This document shows positions 51,096-63,705 of a stretch of DNA of 64,000 bases, piece after piece. Position 1 is the first letter of the stretch, and every line of letters starts with the position of its first letter. The position numbers were made by a program, and so were the translations under genes. A model generated the notes under the pieces. That model saw nothing but the letters and a program-made list of their open reading frames with translations. It was not told the DNA's origin and did not search any database. This DNA is from Malacoraja senta (Eukaryota). Location of the stretch: contig JAXLNO010005917.1 in the NCBI GenBank assembly GCA_038087875.1, positions 1 to 64,000 of the forward strand, in the 5' to 3' direction.

Positions 51096-53580
51096 TTGGG
51101 TGCTCAACTTCCTTTGCAGCCTCCACTCTATACAATAGCTCACCCTTTCCAACTGAATTTTACCACCTCATAAGGAATATAGCATTTGGGGATCAGTGCA
51201 GAGATGTGGACAAAATGTTGGTACTATCGGAGTGAAAAACAGTGAAGCAGCAAATTTATCATATTGGTTAAAGCTCACTGTAGTAAAACACAAACAGGAT
51301 TTTAATTTTGATAAATTTATGATTAGCTTTAAATTCTCATGCCTGAAGATCATCATGAACATTAAAATGGCATTGCATTTTCACTTCATTCGTTAACAAC
51401 TAGTTGTGTCACAATCCATGAAGATATGTCAGAAAATAATATAGTAATTAGATGCAGATGAGGTAAGATCAGATAAGATAGGCTTTAAAGTCTGGTTCTA
51501 TTCAAAAACATATGCAACATGAATTTATTTTAATCCATTACCTCTGAGAATGTTCCTTTGGTTTATTTCATGTGGTTTTAATCTTCAATTTTTTAAGACC
51601 TCGACCAATAAACTCTTGACTTCCCACATTCCCATAGTTCCATATTCCCATATTTCCATTTTCATCAACAATAAAGGCTTTACCAGAGGACGAGATTGCC
51701 CCTGCCAGAATTTCTCCAGAGTCATGAAGAGTTCAGCAGTGGCCTGTGAACAGTGGGCTGGACACTCAAGTCACGTGTTGCGCCTAAAGGCCGTTATGAT
51801 GTATTCCCCATATCCATACTATGAGTTTAGTTTACTATCTTGTGTGCCGAGGTACATTGAAAAGCTTTTGTTGCGTGCTAACCAGCCAGCGTAAAGACAA
51901 TGCATGATTACAATCGACCCGTCCACAGTGTACAGATACATGATAAAGGGAATAACGTGAATTACGTTTAGTGCAGGATAAAGCCAGTAAAGTCCGGTCA
52001 AAGATAGTCCGAGGGTCTGCAATTAGTTAGATAGTGATGCAGGAATCTTCGCAACCTCACCAATGCCTCATCCATACCTAGGTTTTGGACCTCAAATCCA
52101 AAACGTCTTTTCTCCATAACCTCCATTTTTCCTGTTTTTACTGCGAAGAAAACCATGAAGACTAGGGAACTTGGGACAGTTAAAGATGTTTTGAGAATGG
52201 TCTGTATTATGGTCAAGGAGATGCTGGACATCCTAGCGCCTCCTGTGCCTGATCAAATACCTCTTAGGACATGGTGGGAAACTAGAGAAAAAATTGCGGC
52301 AGCCCTGGCTGAGTTATATGGCTCATTGATAGACACAGGTGATGTTCCGGATGACTGAAGGGTGGCTAATGTTGTGCCTCTAAGAAGGGCTGCAAGGACA
52401 AGCGTAGGAACTATAGACCAGTAAGCTAACTGTGATAGGTAACAGTATTCTCCACCATTCCTGGCCATGTCTTATGCTGCCATGATTGGAAGCTCTGCGT
52501 TACCTTTCCTCAATTTTCGCCTTTCTTCCCACCCTGAAGACATAAAACCCACCGAGTTGACCAAGGTTTTCATTATCGCTACTAATATCTCCTTGTACCC
52601 TGTTGAATCGTTCTTGATGGTGATGGTGTGAAACACATTGGGATGTTTTACTCAACACAAAGAACTGCAGATACTGGTTTACCAAATAAGACCCAATGTG
52701 CTGGAGTAATTCAGTGGGTCAGGAAGCATCTCTGGAGTACATTGATAGGCAATGTTTTGGATTGAAACCCTTCTTCAGACTGATTCTAGAAGAGGGAACA
52801 AAACTGAAAGAGAAAGTCCAGCAAGTGATAGGTGGATACAGGTATGTTTTTTTTAATTATTGGCGGATAGTTGTTTGTGGTGCAGTAAATATCTCGACCA
52901 TTAGCTCCCTCCCTCCAGTTGAATGTTCTTTGAAAGAACCTCAGGTCTGCATCAGCAGTGGCACCTTCCATCACACAGTGAGCTATAGAGATGCTTTATT
53001 CCCCGTCAGCCTGTGGATGATCTCGAGTGTCGTATCTCCTCCTGGTGGATCCACACAGAGGAGCACGTCCAAAGTTCCGGACCTATCTCCTTCCATTGCC
53101 TGTTGCCTCTTAATGCATCAGATGCATAATGCATTTGAAGCCATGCTGAACAAACTCTTGAGAAATAAAAGCGGTTCTTCCAAAGGAAAATCACCTCATT
53201 GCAAATGAGCATTGGGCAGATGTTGGAGGAGTAAAACTGCACCACTGTCCCTCCATGCCTGCAAAGACCTGGCATTCCCTTACGTTCTTGCAGCTTTTAA
53301 AACCTTGAGCAACAGGACAATTAACAGTAGATGAATAATGATCCTTGTCGCTGCTCACTCAAGCTTCAACCAGTTCATTATAATTACAGGGTGTGGGCTG
53401 TACTAGGCAGGTCAGCATTTATTGTCCATTCCCTGAAATGAATTACGTTTCAGAGAGCAGCTGAGAGTGAATCCCATTGCTGTAAATGTGGAGACGTACA
53501 TTGAGGATGGCAGATGCCCCTATTTGAAAATCATCACAGCGAATCAGATAGGATTTTACAACAATCCAGTTGTAACCATT

Positions 53581-53761
53581 CCAATGTGTAGGAAAGAACT
53601 GCAGATGCTGGTTTAAATCGAAGGTAGACACAAAATGCTGGAGTAACTCAGCAGGACAGGCAGCATCTCTGAAGAAAGGTCCTGACCCGAAACGTTACCC
53701 ATTCCTTCTCTCCAGAGATGCTGCCTGTCCCGCTGAGTTACTCCAACATTTTGTGTCTACC
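53581..53761. mobile_element. Palindromic PLE-derived mini-element with a hammerhead core in its loop
   Basis: ~50-bp inverted arms (53622-53671 and 53713-53762); loop CTGAAGA-AAGGTCCTGACCC-GAAA-CGTT-ACC; TSD TGTAACCATT at 53571-53580 and 53762-53771. Confidence 0.8.
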
Positions 53762-53799
53762 TGTAACCATTACTAACCTATTAATCCCATTTTCTATTT

Positions 53800-54120
53800 A
53801 TAAGTCATAAGGTCATAAGTGGTAGAAGTAGAATTAGGCCACCCAGCCTATCAAGTGTACTCCACTATTCAATCATGGCTGATCTATCTCTCCCTCCTAA
53901 CCCCATTCTCCTGCCTTCTCCCCATAACCTCTGACACCCATCCTAATCAAAAATCTATCTATCTCTGCCTTAAAGGTATCCACTGATGGCCTCCATAGTG
54001 TTCTGTGACAAAGAATTCCACAGATTCACCACCCTCTAACTAAATGCATTTCTCCTCATCTCCTTCCTAAAAGAACATCCTTTAATTCTGAGGCTATGAC
54101 CTCTAGTCTTGGACTTTTCC
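53800..54120 (-). mobile_element. CR1 LINE 3' fragment (others at about 250-410, 52090-52440, 56100-56480, 58190-58700 and 59310-59490)
   Basis: CR1 3' end signature (TTCAATCATGGCTGATC...CCTTCTCCCCATAACC...GAATTCCACAGATTCACCACCCTC). Confidence 0.75.
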
Positions 54121-57100
54121 AATTGATGAATTACATTTAAATTTCCCAGCTGTTGATTTGTTTCAAATTAATGTCTGGATGTTAGCCCAGAGTTTGAACT
54201 ACTCTGTTACCATTCACCAGATTGATCCACTCTCCTCAGCGTCAGCTTGCTGCGGCTGTGATCCACACACTGCAGTGTGCTGTGACAACGCAGCAAAATC
54301 ATGTTGGGAGCACATCCCTCCCCTGTGACCTCAAGCACTGAGAAGGACAAGAGAAGAAGCATGTGAAGCATCACCCTGTCACACATCGTCCTGCCTTGTG
54401 ACATGTTTTGCCAATTCCTTCATTGCAACCAGATTCGAATCTGTCACCTTTGCAAAAGCACCTTCACCCCAAAGCTACCAGACGACCTGTCCCCACCCCA
54501 GTAGAGCAGCGCAGAATGGGTCATACATGTGACCTTATTCACATTGCCAACATTGCTTATTTAATGTGTTTCAGTAAAATCTCAAAGTAAAAGAGACCAT
54601 CATTTTGTTTAAGCTACTAAAATAACATCTAGAATATCTAGCCTTTTGCAGAAAACTATGGTACAAAATAAAGATTTGAAAATTACACTTCAGCACAACA
54701 GACCCAATCCAACATACTGTATTCAACTCTGATAATTTATAAATCTGTGAAAAATCCCATTAGTCTTTGAGTATTTTTGAGGTGGCAGAAGCTAGAGAAT
54801 TTTAAGAGGAAGTAGATCCATTTTTCAAAGATCAGCGTTTTGAGAGCTGTGGGAAATTGGCACAGATGGGGTAAACACAGTGATTATTAAAATTATATTT
54901 TGTTAATAACTGCAACGAGATAATGTAAAAAGCTTATTTTTTTTAACTGAAGATATTGTTTAAGTAACATAGGCGTCACACATATCCTACTGTGTTTTTG
55001 CTTCTCCTTCGCGATGCTAAGAAACAAATTAACACACAAAACAGTCACTTATGCAAAGTTGTATTGTGAATAATAACAGCCTTGTTTTCTGTCATTAGCA
55101 TCTATCAATGCCTCTCTGTATTCCCAGATGGCAATGCATTTGGCACTTCAACATTCCTCATGTACTTGGAGATGCCAAAGCCAGTTGTGCTCTCTGGTGC
55201 AGTAAGCAATGCATCACCAAGCCGAGGAAACAATGAGATGATGAGATCCTGAGGATGCACTCAGCTGAACGAATGAATCAAAACAAGTCTCTCTCCTCAC
55301 TCATCTTACAATCAGAGGCTTCAATTTGTTACGCAAACTGCTAGCATGACTATAAGAAAATATTTTTTTAAATAATAAATTCCAAAGAACCAGTGGACAA
55401 GTAAAGTGACTTAAAAATGGATAATAGTATCAGGCTTTTGAACAGTCCTTCCATAAGCAAAGGTACCGTCCAGTTCCTGTACCTCTACTCCATTGTGGAC
55501 ATTGTGTATGGAGTTGATGTGCTGCAATGCTGAGAATTATATTCTGCACTCTGTATCCTTCCCTTTGCTCTATCTATTGTACTTGAGTTTGACTTGCTTG
55601 TATTTATGTATAGTAGATCTGATCTGTTTGGATAGCATGGAAAACAAAGCTTTACACTGTTCCTCGGTACACGTGACAATAATAAACGTAAATCTAAACT
55701 AATGCAACTTAAAGGCACCATAGTTTAAAGCCTAATGTAGGGTAGATAATGGGAATCTTTTTTTCAAAAACTATTAGAAAAGCTAAAATTAAACATTTCA
55801 TAGAATAGATATCTCATATTCCAAAAAGGAAGATCATGCTTGACTATCCTTATCAAATTTTTCAATTGAGGTTGGATAAGGGTATAATAGATATAATATA
55901 TTTAGATTTTTTTGAAGGCCTTGGATAACTTACTGCCCAACAGATTCATGATTGGAATCAGAATAAATGAAACCAGGAGACAAGCAGCACGAGCGATAGC
56001 AATGTACCAGGAAACAGAAAATAAGAGTACCACCGTTGTCATCCTTTATATTAATTGAAATCGGAAATACAACAGCAGAATTTGGGAAGGTGAACATTAT
56101 GCCAAGTTAAACTAATCTCCTCAGCCTGCACGTGATCCATATCCCTCCATATCCATGTGCCTATCTAAAAGCCACTTCAACGCCACTATCGTATCTGCTC
56201 CCACCACCATCCGTAGCAGTGTATTCCAGGCATTCACCATTCTCTGTGTAAAAATACTTGCCCCGCACATCTCCGTTAAGCTTTGCCTCTTTCACTTTAA
56301 AGCTATACCCTCAAGTCCTTGACATTTTCAGCTAGGAAAACATTTCCGACAGTTTGTCCTCTCATAATTTATACTTATTTGAGGTCCATTAATTCTTCAA
56401 CATTCCAGAGAAAACAATCCAAGTTTGTCCAACATCTCCTTATAGCTTACACCCCTAATCCAGGCAGCATTCTAGAAACCTCTTCCGCGGGTTTGAGGTT
56501 CTGACCTCGGCTCGACTCGCTCCGACCTCGACCCAACTTTGGCCCTACTCGTGCCGACCCTGAGTTTCCGACCGGGGCCCAACTCTCTCCGACCTCCAAC
56601 TATACTATGTAGCTGGCTTGAAGGGCCGAATGGTCTACTCCTGCACCTATTGTCTATTGTCTATGTTGTACCAACCTTCCTCTTCCAAGTAGCAGAGCAA
56701 ATTCAGGTTCCTGAGGTAAAAGGCCGATATCTCCGTCAGCTAGTTCAACAACTATTGTTTGTTTGATCCAACTCATATAATACAAATGGGTAATACGATA
56801 AAAGAAAACAGCTTTTAAGGAAATTCATCACTTGAAGACAGCCTTGAATCCATTAGACCTTTGAAAAAAAAGTCAATAGCCAGGGAACACAGCAAACAAT
56901 CACTTCAGTTTGTCAGAGATTCAGCATGCATTTGTGCGCGTATTCACTGCTCATTAGGATAATTGTATTTCTATCTCTAAAGCATCGCAAACCAACGGAG
57001 TATAACTGGAAGTGATAGTTTGGATTGGAACTGGTTTGATATTTTTGGTGGATAATGATTATAAATAGTACAGAGGACTGGTGTGCAAAATTGTTAAACG

Positions 57101-57591
57101 CTGTGCCATAAATAGTGCAGAGTAGAATTTGAACTCCTTGCGAAGAAGTTTGCAGATATAATTTGGCAAAGTGATTTGACATATGATTGAGGAGGAGAAA
57201 AAAAGTTTAGGCTTATTCTCGTCATGTGTACCAAGGTACAACAAAAAGCTTTGTTTTGCGTGCTATCCAATCAAATTGGATAATACTGTACATAAATACA
57301 ATCTAGCCAATCTCAAGAACAATAGGTAGAGTCAAGGGAAAGGTACAGAGTGCAGAATGTAGTTATTAGCATTCTAGCGCACCTGTTCCAGAGATAATGT
57401 CCGCAATGAGGTAAAGGTGAATCAGACTGTACGGAAGGACTGTTCAGAAGTCTAATAACAGAGAAGAAGAAGCTGGTGATCCCTGAAGGAAAGTCTGGAA
57501 TTCTGTCAGCTATGGCCACCTCCAATCCTTCCCAGGAATTAATCCCTTCCTTCGGCACTCATGAGATTTATGGTTGATTGAGTACACGCCG

Positions 57592-57672
57592 ATGACCATA
57601 TGAGTTGGCAAACGGCTATGACCATATGAGTTAGCAAACGGATATGACCATTTAAGTTAGCAAATGGATATA
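57592..57672. repeat. Short tandem repeat of about 25-27 bp, 3 copies
   Basis: GACCATATGAGTT(G/A)GCAAACGG(C/A)TAT repeated. Confidence 0.8.
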
Positions 57673-58220
57673 AGATTATATCCGAAAGGTTTCTGCTGAA
57701 ACCCCTACTGCAGAACCCATATCGCGACAACCGACGAAACTCCCCCAAGCTTACAAATAGTCTTCTATGTTTTTTATTACAAAGAATTATACTGTGGGCT
57801 GCAATGAACCCTGGCAACAGAAGGAGAGAAATGCTCTGTTATGAGTAATCCAACACAAGGTATCATCTAAAGCTGCTGTCAGTGTCCCATCTTCACCGCT
57901 GCCTACTTAAGCTTTCTTCACACGAGCAGTCACCCAACAGGATGTAAATGAGCTGTTAAAATTGATGCACCTCCAACAGAGATTGACTGCTCCAGACCTA
58001 TAGCCAAGAATTAAAATCTATGCACACGTTGCATCAATCCGTTCCATCGTTGTGGCAATTTAAAGATTCTCAAACTAAAGCCAAAGGATCCTCATCAGCT
58101 ACCATGGTGTGGAATCAAGTTTGGCAATTGTAGGAGCAAGTTCTGCAGGCTGCAGTTCTGCAGCCAAAACACTCCAAAAAACCTTAACACCGTAAGACAT
58201 AGGAGCAGAATTAGATCTGA

Positions 58221-58255
58221 AGTCTGAAGAAGGGTCTCGAACCGAAATATCACCC
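58221..58255 (+). ncRNA. Minimal type I hammerhead ribozyme motif (PLE pLTR-derived)
   Basis: AGT-CTGAAGA-AGGGTCTCGAACC-GAAA-TATC-ACC: both catalytic boxes intact, palindromic ATAT helix III, AUC triplet. Confidence 0.65.
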
Positions 58256-59704
58256 ATTACCTCTATCCAGAGATGCTGCCTGTTCTGCTGAGTTACTCCA
58301 GCATTTTGTGTCTATCTTCAGCTGAATTAGGCCATTCAGCCTATCGAGTCTACTTTGCTTTTCAGTCACGGCTGAATTCACCCTCCCAACCCTATTCTCC
58401 TGCCCTTTCACTGTGTCCTTTGACATCCTTACTCAATCTCTGCATTAAAAATACCCAATGATGGCCTCCACAGCCATCTGTGGCAATAAATTCCATAGCA
58501 TCACCACCCTCTTGCTAGAGGAAATGTATCCTTGTTTCCATTCTGAGGGTATGTCCTTTTATTCTGAGGCTGTGCCCTCTGGTCCTAGACTCTCCCATTA
58601 CAGGAAACATCCTTTCCACATCCACTCTCTCTAGGTCTTTCATTATCCGATAGGTATCAATGAGAGCCTCCTTCATCCTTCAGGCCCCAAGACTTCAAAC
58701 ACTCCTTATAGCTCAAGTGTCAAGTCAAGCGTGTTTTTTTGTTATATGCACTGGGACCAGAATAATGAAATTCTTACTTGCTGCAGCTTTAGAGGCACAT
58801 TAAACACACCACCAAAAATAAATATGTTTTATTATGAGGAACCTGATAAGATTGGCATTTGGTATTGATTTATTATTGGTGTTGGGCTGTTATTGTCACT
58901 TGTTCTGAGCTACAGTAGAAAACTTTGTTTGTGTGCAATACAGTAAAATCATGCTATACACACGTACGGTCAAGCCAATGCACAATACAAGAGAAAATAC
59001 CAGACTGCAAAATATAGTATTACAGTGTTGTAGTGTTATGGTAACAGAAATTGCAGAACAAAAAAAAGTCCACGCACCATCCAGTATTATGCTGGATGGA
59101 TAAGTCAACCATAGGGAAAGTTGTAGCTTCATCCTAGCCTGAGCCGCCACTAATTACTATCAGATGGTTTTAATTGCATCAAAAGCAACCCAACAGGGCC
59201 GTTGGGAATGTTTATGTTGAAACATATCAGTAGTACAGTCGTGAATTCACCTCCTTGCATTGGAGATGTGGAACTTCCAATTTGCTTCATAATCTTGAGA
59301 AAGGAATAAGAACATAAGATACATTCAAGAGAGAGTTAGATATAGCTCTGAGGGCTAATGGAATCAAGGGATATGGGGAGAAAGCAGGAATGGGGTACTG
59401 ATTTTGGATGATCAGCTGTGATCATATTGAATGGTGGTGCTGGCTCGAAGGGCTGAATAACCTACTCCTGCACCTATTTTCTATGTTTCTAAATGGAGCA
59501 CCCTAGCGAATGGCAAGAAAAGTGTTAATACAGCATTGCCTCGTAGAATGTTGAGAAATATCAGTTAATTGCTAATCAGTTAAGACATGGATAATTAAAT
59601 TATAGACAATGGATAAAGTAACTAAGGAGCCTTATCAACTCAAAGCACATGACCACAATATGTTTAAATAATCTGTAAAGCATGATTTATACAGCGAAAT
59701 GAGA

Positions 59705-59958
59705 CCTGCGATCCCCCTACATTCATTCTTTCCTGCATGCACTCGGGACAATTTTACATTTATACCAAGCCAATGAACTAACAAACCTGAATGTTTTGGA
59801 GTGTGGGAGGAAACCGAAGATCTCAGACAAAACCCACGCGGTCACGGGGAGAACATGCAAACTCTGTGCGGACAGCATCCGTAGTCATGATCGAACCGGG
59901 ACTCTGGCACTCTAAGCGCTGCAATGCAGCAACTCTACTGCTGCGCCATCATGCCGCC
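59705..59958 (-). mobile_element. HE1-type V-SINE, tail truncated
   Basis: Reverse-complement copy. Confidence 0.8.
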
Positions 59959-60989
59959 AGAGGTATCAATATGATGGTAGCCAGTGATCAAATGGGAGGG
60001 ATAAGATGAGTGTTAACACTCAAGGAGAGAGTAATGCACAAAACAAGCCACATTGTAGAATGTGAGGTATTTTGCTTTTCATAACGTCGTAGGGTCATAA
60101 GTGACAGGAACAGAATTAGGCTATTCGGCCCTTCAAGTCTACTCAACCATTCAATCTTTTAAAAATAGACATGGAATCAAACTCAGAAAGAAATAATATT
60201 ATATTAAGGTGATCACGATTACATATATTGGGGAAACGCTGTGTATATGTTGTGTAAAATAGATTTAATTACACAAAGGACCAAGTGCAAGTTAAACAAA
60301 ATTAATATGTTCTGAGTTGTAAAATGTATCTCTCCATCTTGTCTCCTGCACCTTTCCTCCATGTTACCTGATCCTGCCTATCTTTTATTTAAATTGACAT
60401 CTGCTGTGCTCATCCTTCTAAGCTGTGGAGGCCATGGGTTAGGGAAGCTTTTAATATGCTGTTGCACTGATGAATCCTAAATAGCATTTCTGTGTTAATT
60501 AGTGTTATAAACAGCCGCAGATCTGGGGATTGACTTTCCAGTGACATCTTGCTGAGCAAATGACAAAGTCATTGGATAATTAGTTGTAGCTGCTTCAGGT
60601 GCATTTTGAAATAAACTACAGTATGCAAGTCAGAAACACCTAACATTCATACATTGGTTCTGGCTAATATCTTTATTCCTAGTTATATATTGCTGCTACA
60701 CAGGGAACAATGCAGATAGACAAATGCAAGATGTCCTGTTATTTTTGGAGTATTGGAGTTGCTATATCAATACAATCTTCTGTTATTTATTGGGATGCAC
60801 TTAGGAAAACAATTCCTCACAAGCACTTATAAGTGCAGGAGAGGACTGCAGATGCTGGTTTACACTGAAGATAGACACAAAATGCTGGAGTAACTCAGTG
60901 GGATAGAAGGAAAAGGTAATGATTCAGGTCAAGACCTCTTTTCAGACTGTCAATGTGATTTTTTTTTCATTCATCCATTCAAAGGGTGT

Positions 60990-62500
60990 GTCCTATGTAG
61001 GCTGAACTACATTTAATTGTCTATCCCTGATGGTTCTTGAGAAGGTGATAGTGAGCTGCCATCTTGGACCACTGGAGTCCATGAGCATTCCTGGATTTTG
61101 GCCCAGCCCAGTGACAGTGAAGGAATGGCAAGATAGTTATAACTCAGGAAGGTATACGGCTTGATGGGCAATTTCCAGGTGATGCTGTTTCCATGTTTGC
61201 TGCTCTTGTCCTTCTAGCTGCTAGAGGTCATTGGTTTAGAAGTGTCAGGTATCTTGGTGGGTTGCTGCAGTGCATCCTGCAGATGGTATAAACTGCTGCT
61301 ATTGTGCATCCGTGGTGAAGGGAATGAATGGTTGTGGAATGGCTGTTTACCAAACGGGCTGTTGTTTGCTTCAGGGTGTTGAGCTTCTTGAGTGCTTTTA
61401 AGCTCCATTCAACCAGGTAAGTGGAGAGTATTCCATTGCATTCCTGATTTAAGCCTTATAAATGGCGGACAGGCTCTGGGACGTTTTACGAGGTGGCTTT
61501 CCCACCATAATATTCCTAGCCATTCCCCTGCTCTTGCAGCCACTTTGTGTATGTGGACACTCCGGTTCAGTTTCAGGCTGCAGAGCCCTACTCACCTGTG
61601 TCCTTCCTTAAGCTCTGGCTTACTGTGAAAAGGGTAACCCATCTCCTGAAACTTCCCAGAGTTTCTCGCTCCCAATTCAGATAATTGCAGGCTTAAGTGT
61701 CGCATCAATGAACCGAATGCAACCAATACTGCAATGCTGATAGAGCTGCCTTGCACATCGTTTCCTGGACAATATTCATCTGGGAAGAAACATCGCCAAA
61801 AGCTAGATTTTGCATTCATCATATGTTGCTGATCGCGGAAGCATGTTGTGGGCAAGTTAGATGCCAATGCACTGAAATTCCTGAGTACAATGCATGTTAG
61901 TGGGATTTGATAATAAGAGACTGTGTGAGAGACATCAGCTCCAGCCATCACATTGTGGCTGGAACGACAGACCTGCCATTGACTGCCATAATTACCACAA
62001 CTGTCTCTTGGCAAATCCTTAGCAAACCTGCTGAACCTGGGCCAAACGCAGGCAGGTGGGACTAGTGTAGATGTGGCATGTTGGTCGGTGTGGGCAAGTT
62101 GGGCCAATGGGCCTGTTTCCATGCTGTATAGCTCAATGCCTTTATAACTGCATTGAGATTTCATCAGTCCTTGCATCAGTGTATTCCATGCCACAACGTT
62201 CATTGTCTCACAGGCATACGGGCAGCACACTCTTGACTTGAACCTTGTAGATGGTGGACAATCTCTGGGAAGTTGTAGGCAGTGAGTTACCCACCATGTT
62301 ATTCTTAGTCTCTAATGCATTGCAGTTTTTGTGGTATTCAGTTCATTGATGTAAGACTTAAATCTACAACCATCTGAAGTAGGAGCTAAGATTTCACCCA
62401 TTTCACAGTAAGCCGGAACTGAAGAAAGGAGCCAGGTGAGTAGAGCTCTGCATTCTGAGACTGACCTAGAGTGGCCATATACACAATGTGGCTGACTTAC
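60990..62500. mobile_element. Ancient CR1/L2-group LINE remnants in both orientations
   Basis: Minus-strand KLNRSVHIHKVAARAGEWLGIL resembles the post-RT region; a second, inverted homolog lies at 62396-62495. Confidence 0.55.
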
Positions 62501-62524
62501 TGGCATGCACGAGAGGTCCCATGG

Positions 62525-62852
62525 TTAGTTTAGTTTTTTTTTAGTTTAGAGATATAGCGTGGAACCAGGCCCTTCGGCCCACCGAGTCCACACTGACCAG
62601 AGAGCCCTACACATTACCACTATCCTACACACACTAGGGACAATTTACACTTATACCAAGCCAATTAACTTACAAACCTGTACGTCTTTGGAGTGTGGGA
62701 GGAAACTGAAGATCTCGGAAAAAGCCCACGCGGTCACGGGGAGAATGTACAAACTCCGTACAGACAGCACCGTAGTGTGGATCGAACCCGGGTCACTGGC
62801 GCTGCAAGCGCTGTAAGGCAGCAACTCTACCGCTGTGCCACTGTGGCGCCCA
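62525..62852 (-). mobile_element. HE1-type V-SINE
   Basis: Full-length reverse-complement copy. Confidence 0.87.
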
Positions 62853-62984
62853 TAAGTTGTCACATGCAATGGTGACATCACTTGCAGAGGCACACCCACC
62901 TAACACTACTGCTACAAGGCAGTCCATGGGATCTGAACTTCCAGGTGTTTTAGAGAATGTGGGTATAAAAGAATATCAGGATTA

Positions 62985-63705
62985 ACCTAACATTGGTGAT
63001 ATCAAGCGCAGACTAGCCAACTGCTTTGATGAGCATCTACACTCTCTCTGAATTGCCTGTCTGGGGCTCCTTGTTTCAAGGCATTTTAATTCCCCTTCCC
63101 ATTCCCACAACAGTCTGTCAGTCCTCAACCTCCTCCACTGCCAGTGGTGATGGTAAAGGCAACCTATAAAAACAGCACCTCGTGTTCCGTCTGGGTAGTT
63201 TACAACCCAACAGTATGTAAATTGAGTTTTCCAAATTTCAGGTAATCCGCACCCCCTCTCCCTTTCAGGTCTATTCATGTCCTCTCACACACACCCTTCT
63301 TTCCAGCCCTCCCTCAAAGCACCCTATTACCCCATTTCTTTCCCCTTCCTCCACTGTTCCGACCTACCAACAATGCCACCCTTATTGTTGCTACTCTTTC
63401 TTTCTTATCAGATTCCATATCCTGCAGAAGTCTGTTCTCTCCTCTGACCCCATCTCAGCCTGCCGCTAACTTCAGCCTTCCCTCCCCTCTCCTCCCTAAC
63501 AATCTCTGCCAATCGACTCCCCCCTCACCTGTCCCCCCTCACCTGTAACTTGCTGGCTCTATCCCCACTCCCCTCCCCCCCCCTCACCTCTTTACACTCT
63601 CTCCCCTCGCTCAGATGCAAGGTCTTGAGCCGAAATGCCGACTGTCCGTTTACATCCACAGATGCCGCCTGACTTTCTGAGTTCTTCCAGCAGTTTGGTG
63701 TTTAG
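62985..63705 (+). mobile_element. Penelope-like element 3' end: GIY-YIG endonuclease C-terminal half, 3'UTR and pLTR with a decayed hammerhead motif
   Basis: Plus-strand IGDIKRRLANCFDEHL, HFNSPSHSH and QHLVFRLGSLQPN, then a pyrimidine-rich UTR and AAGGTCTTGAGCCGAAA...CAGATGCCGCCTGAC...TGAGTTCTTCCAGCA. Confidence 0.8.
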
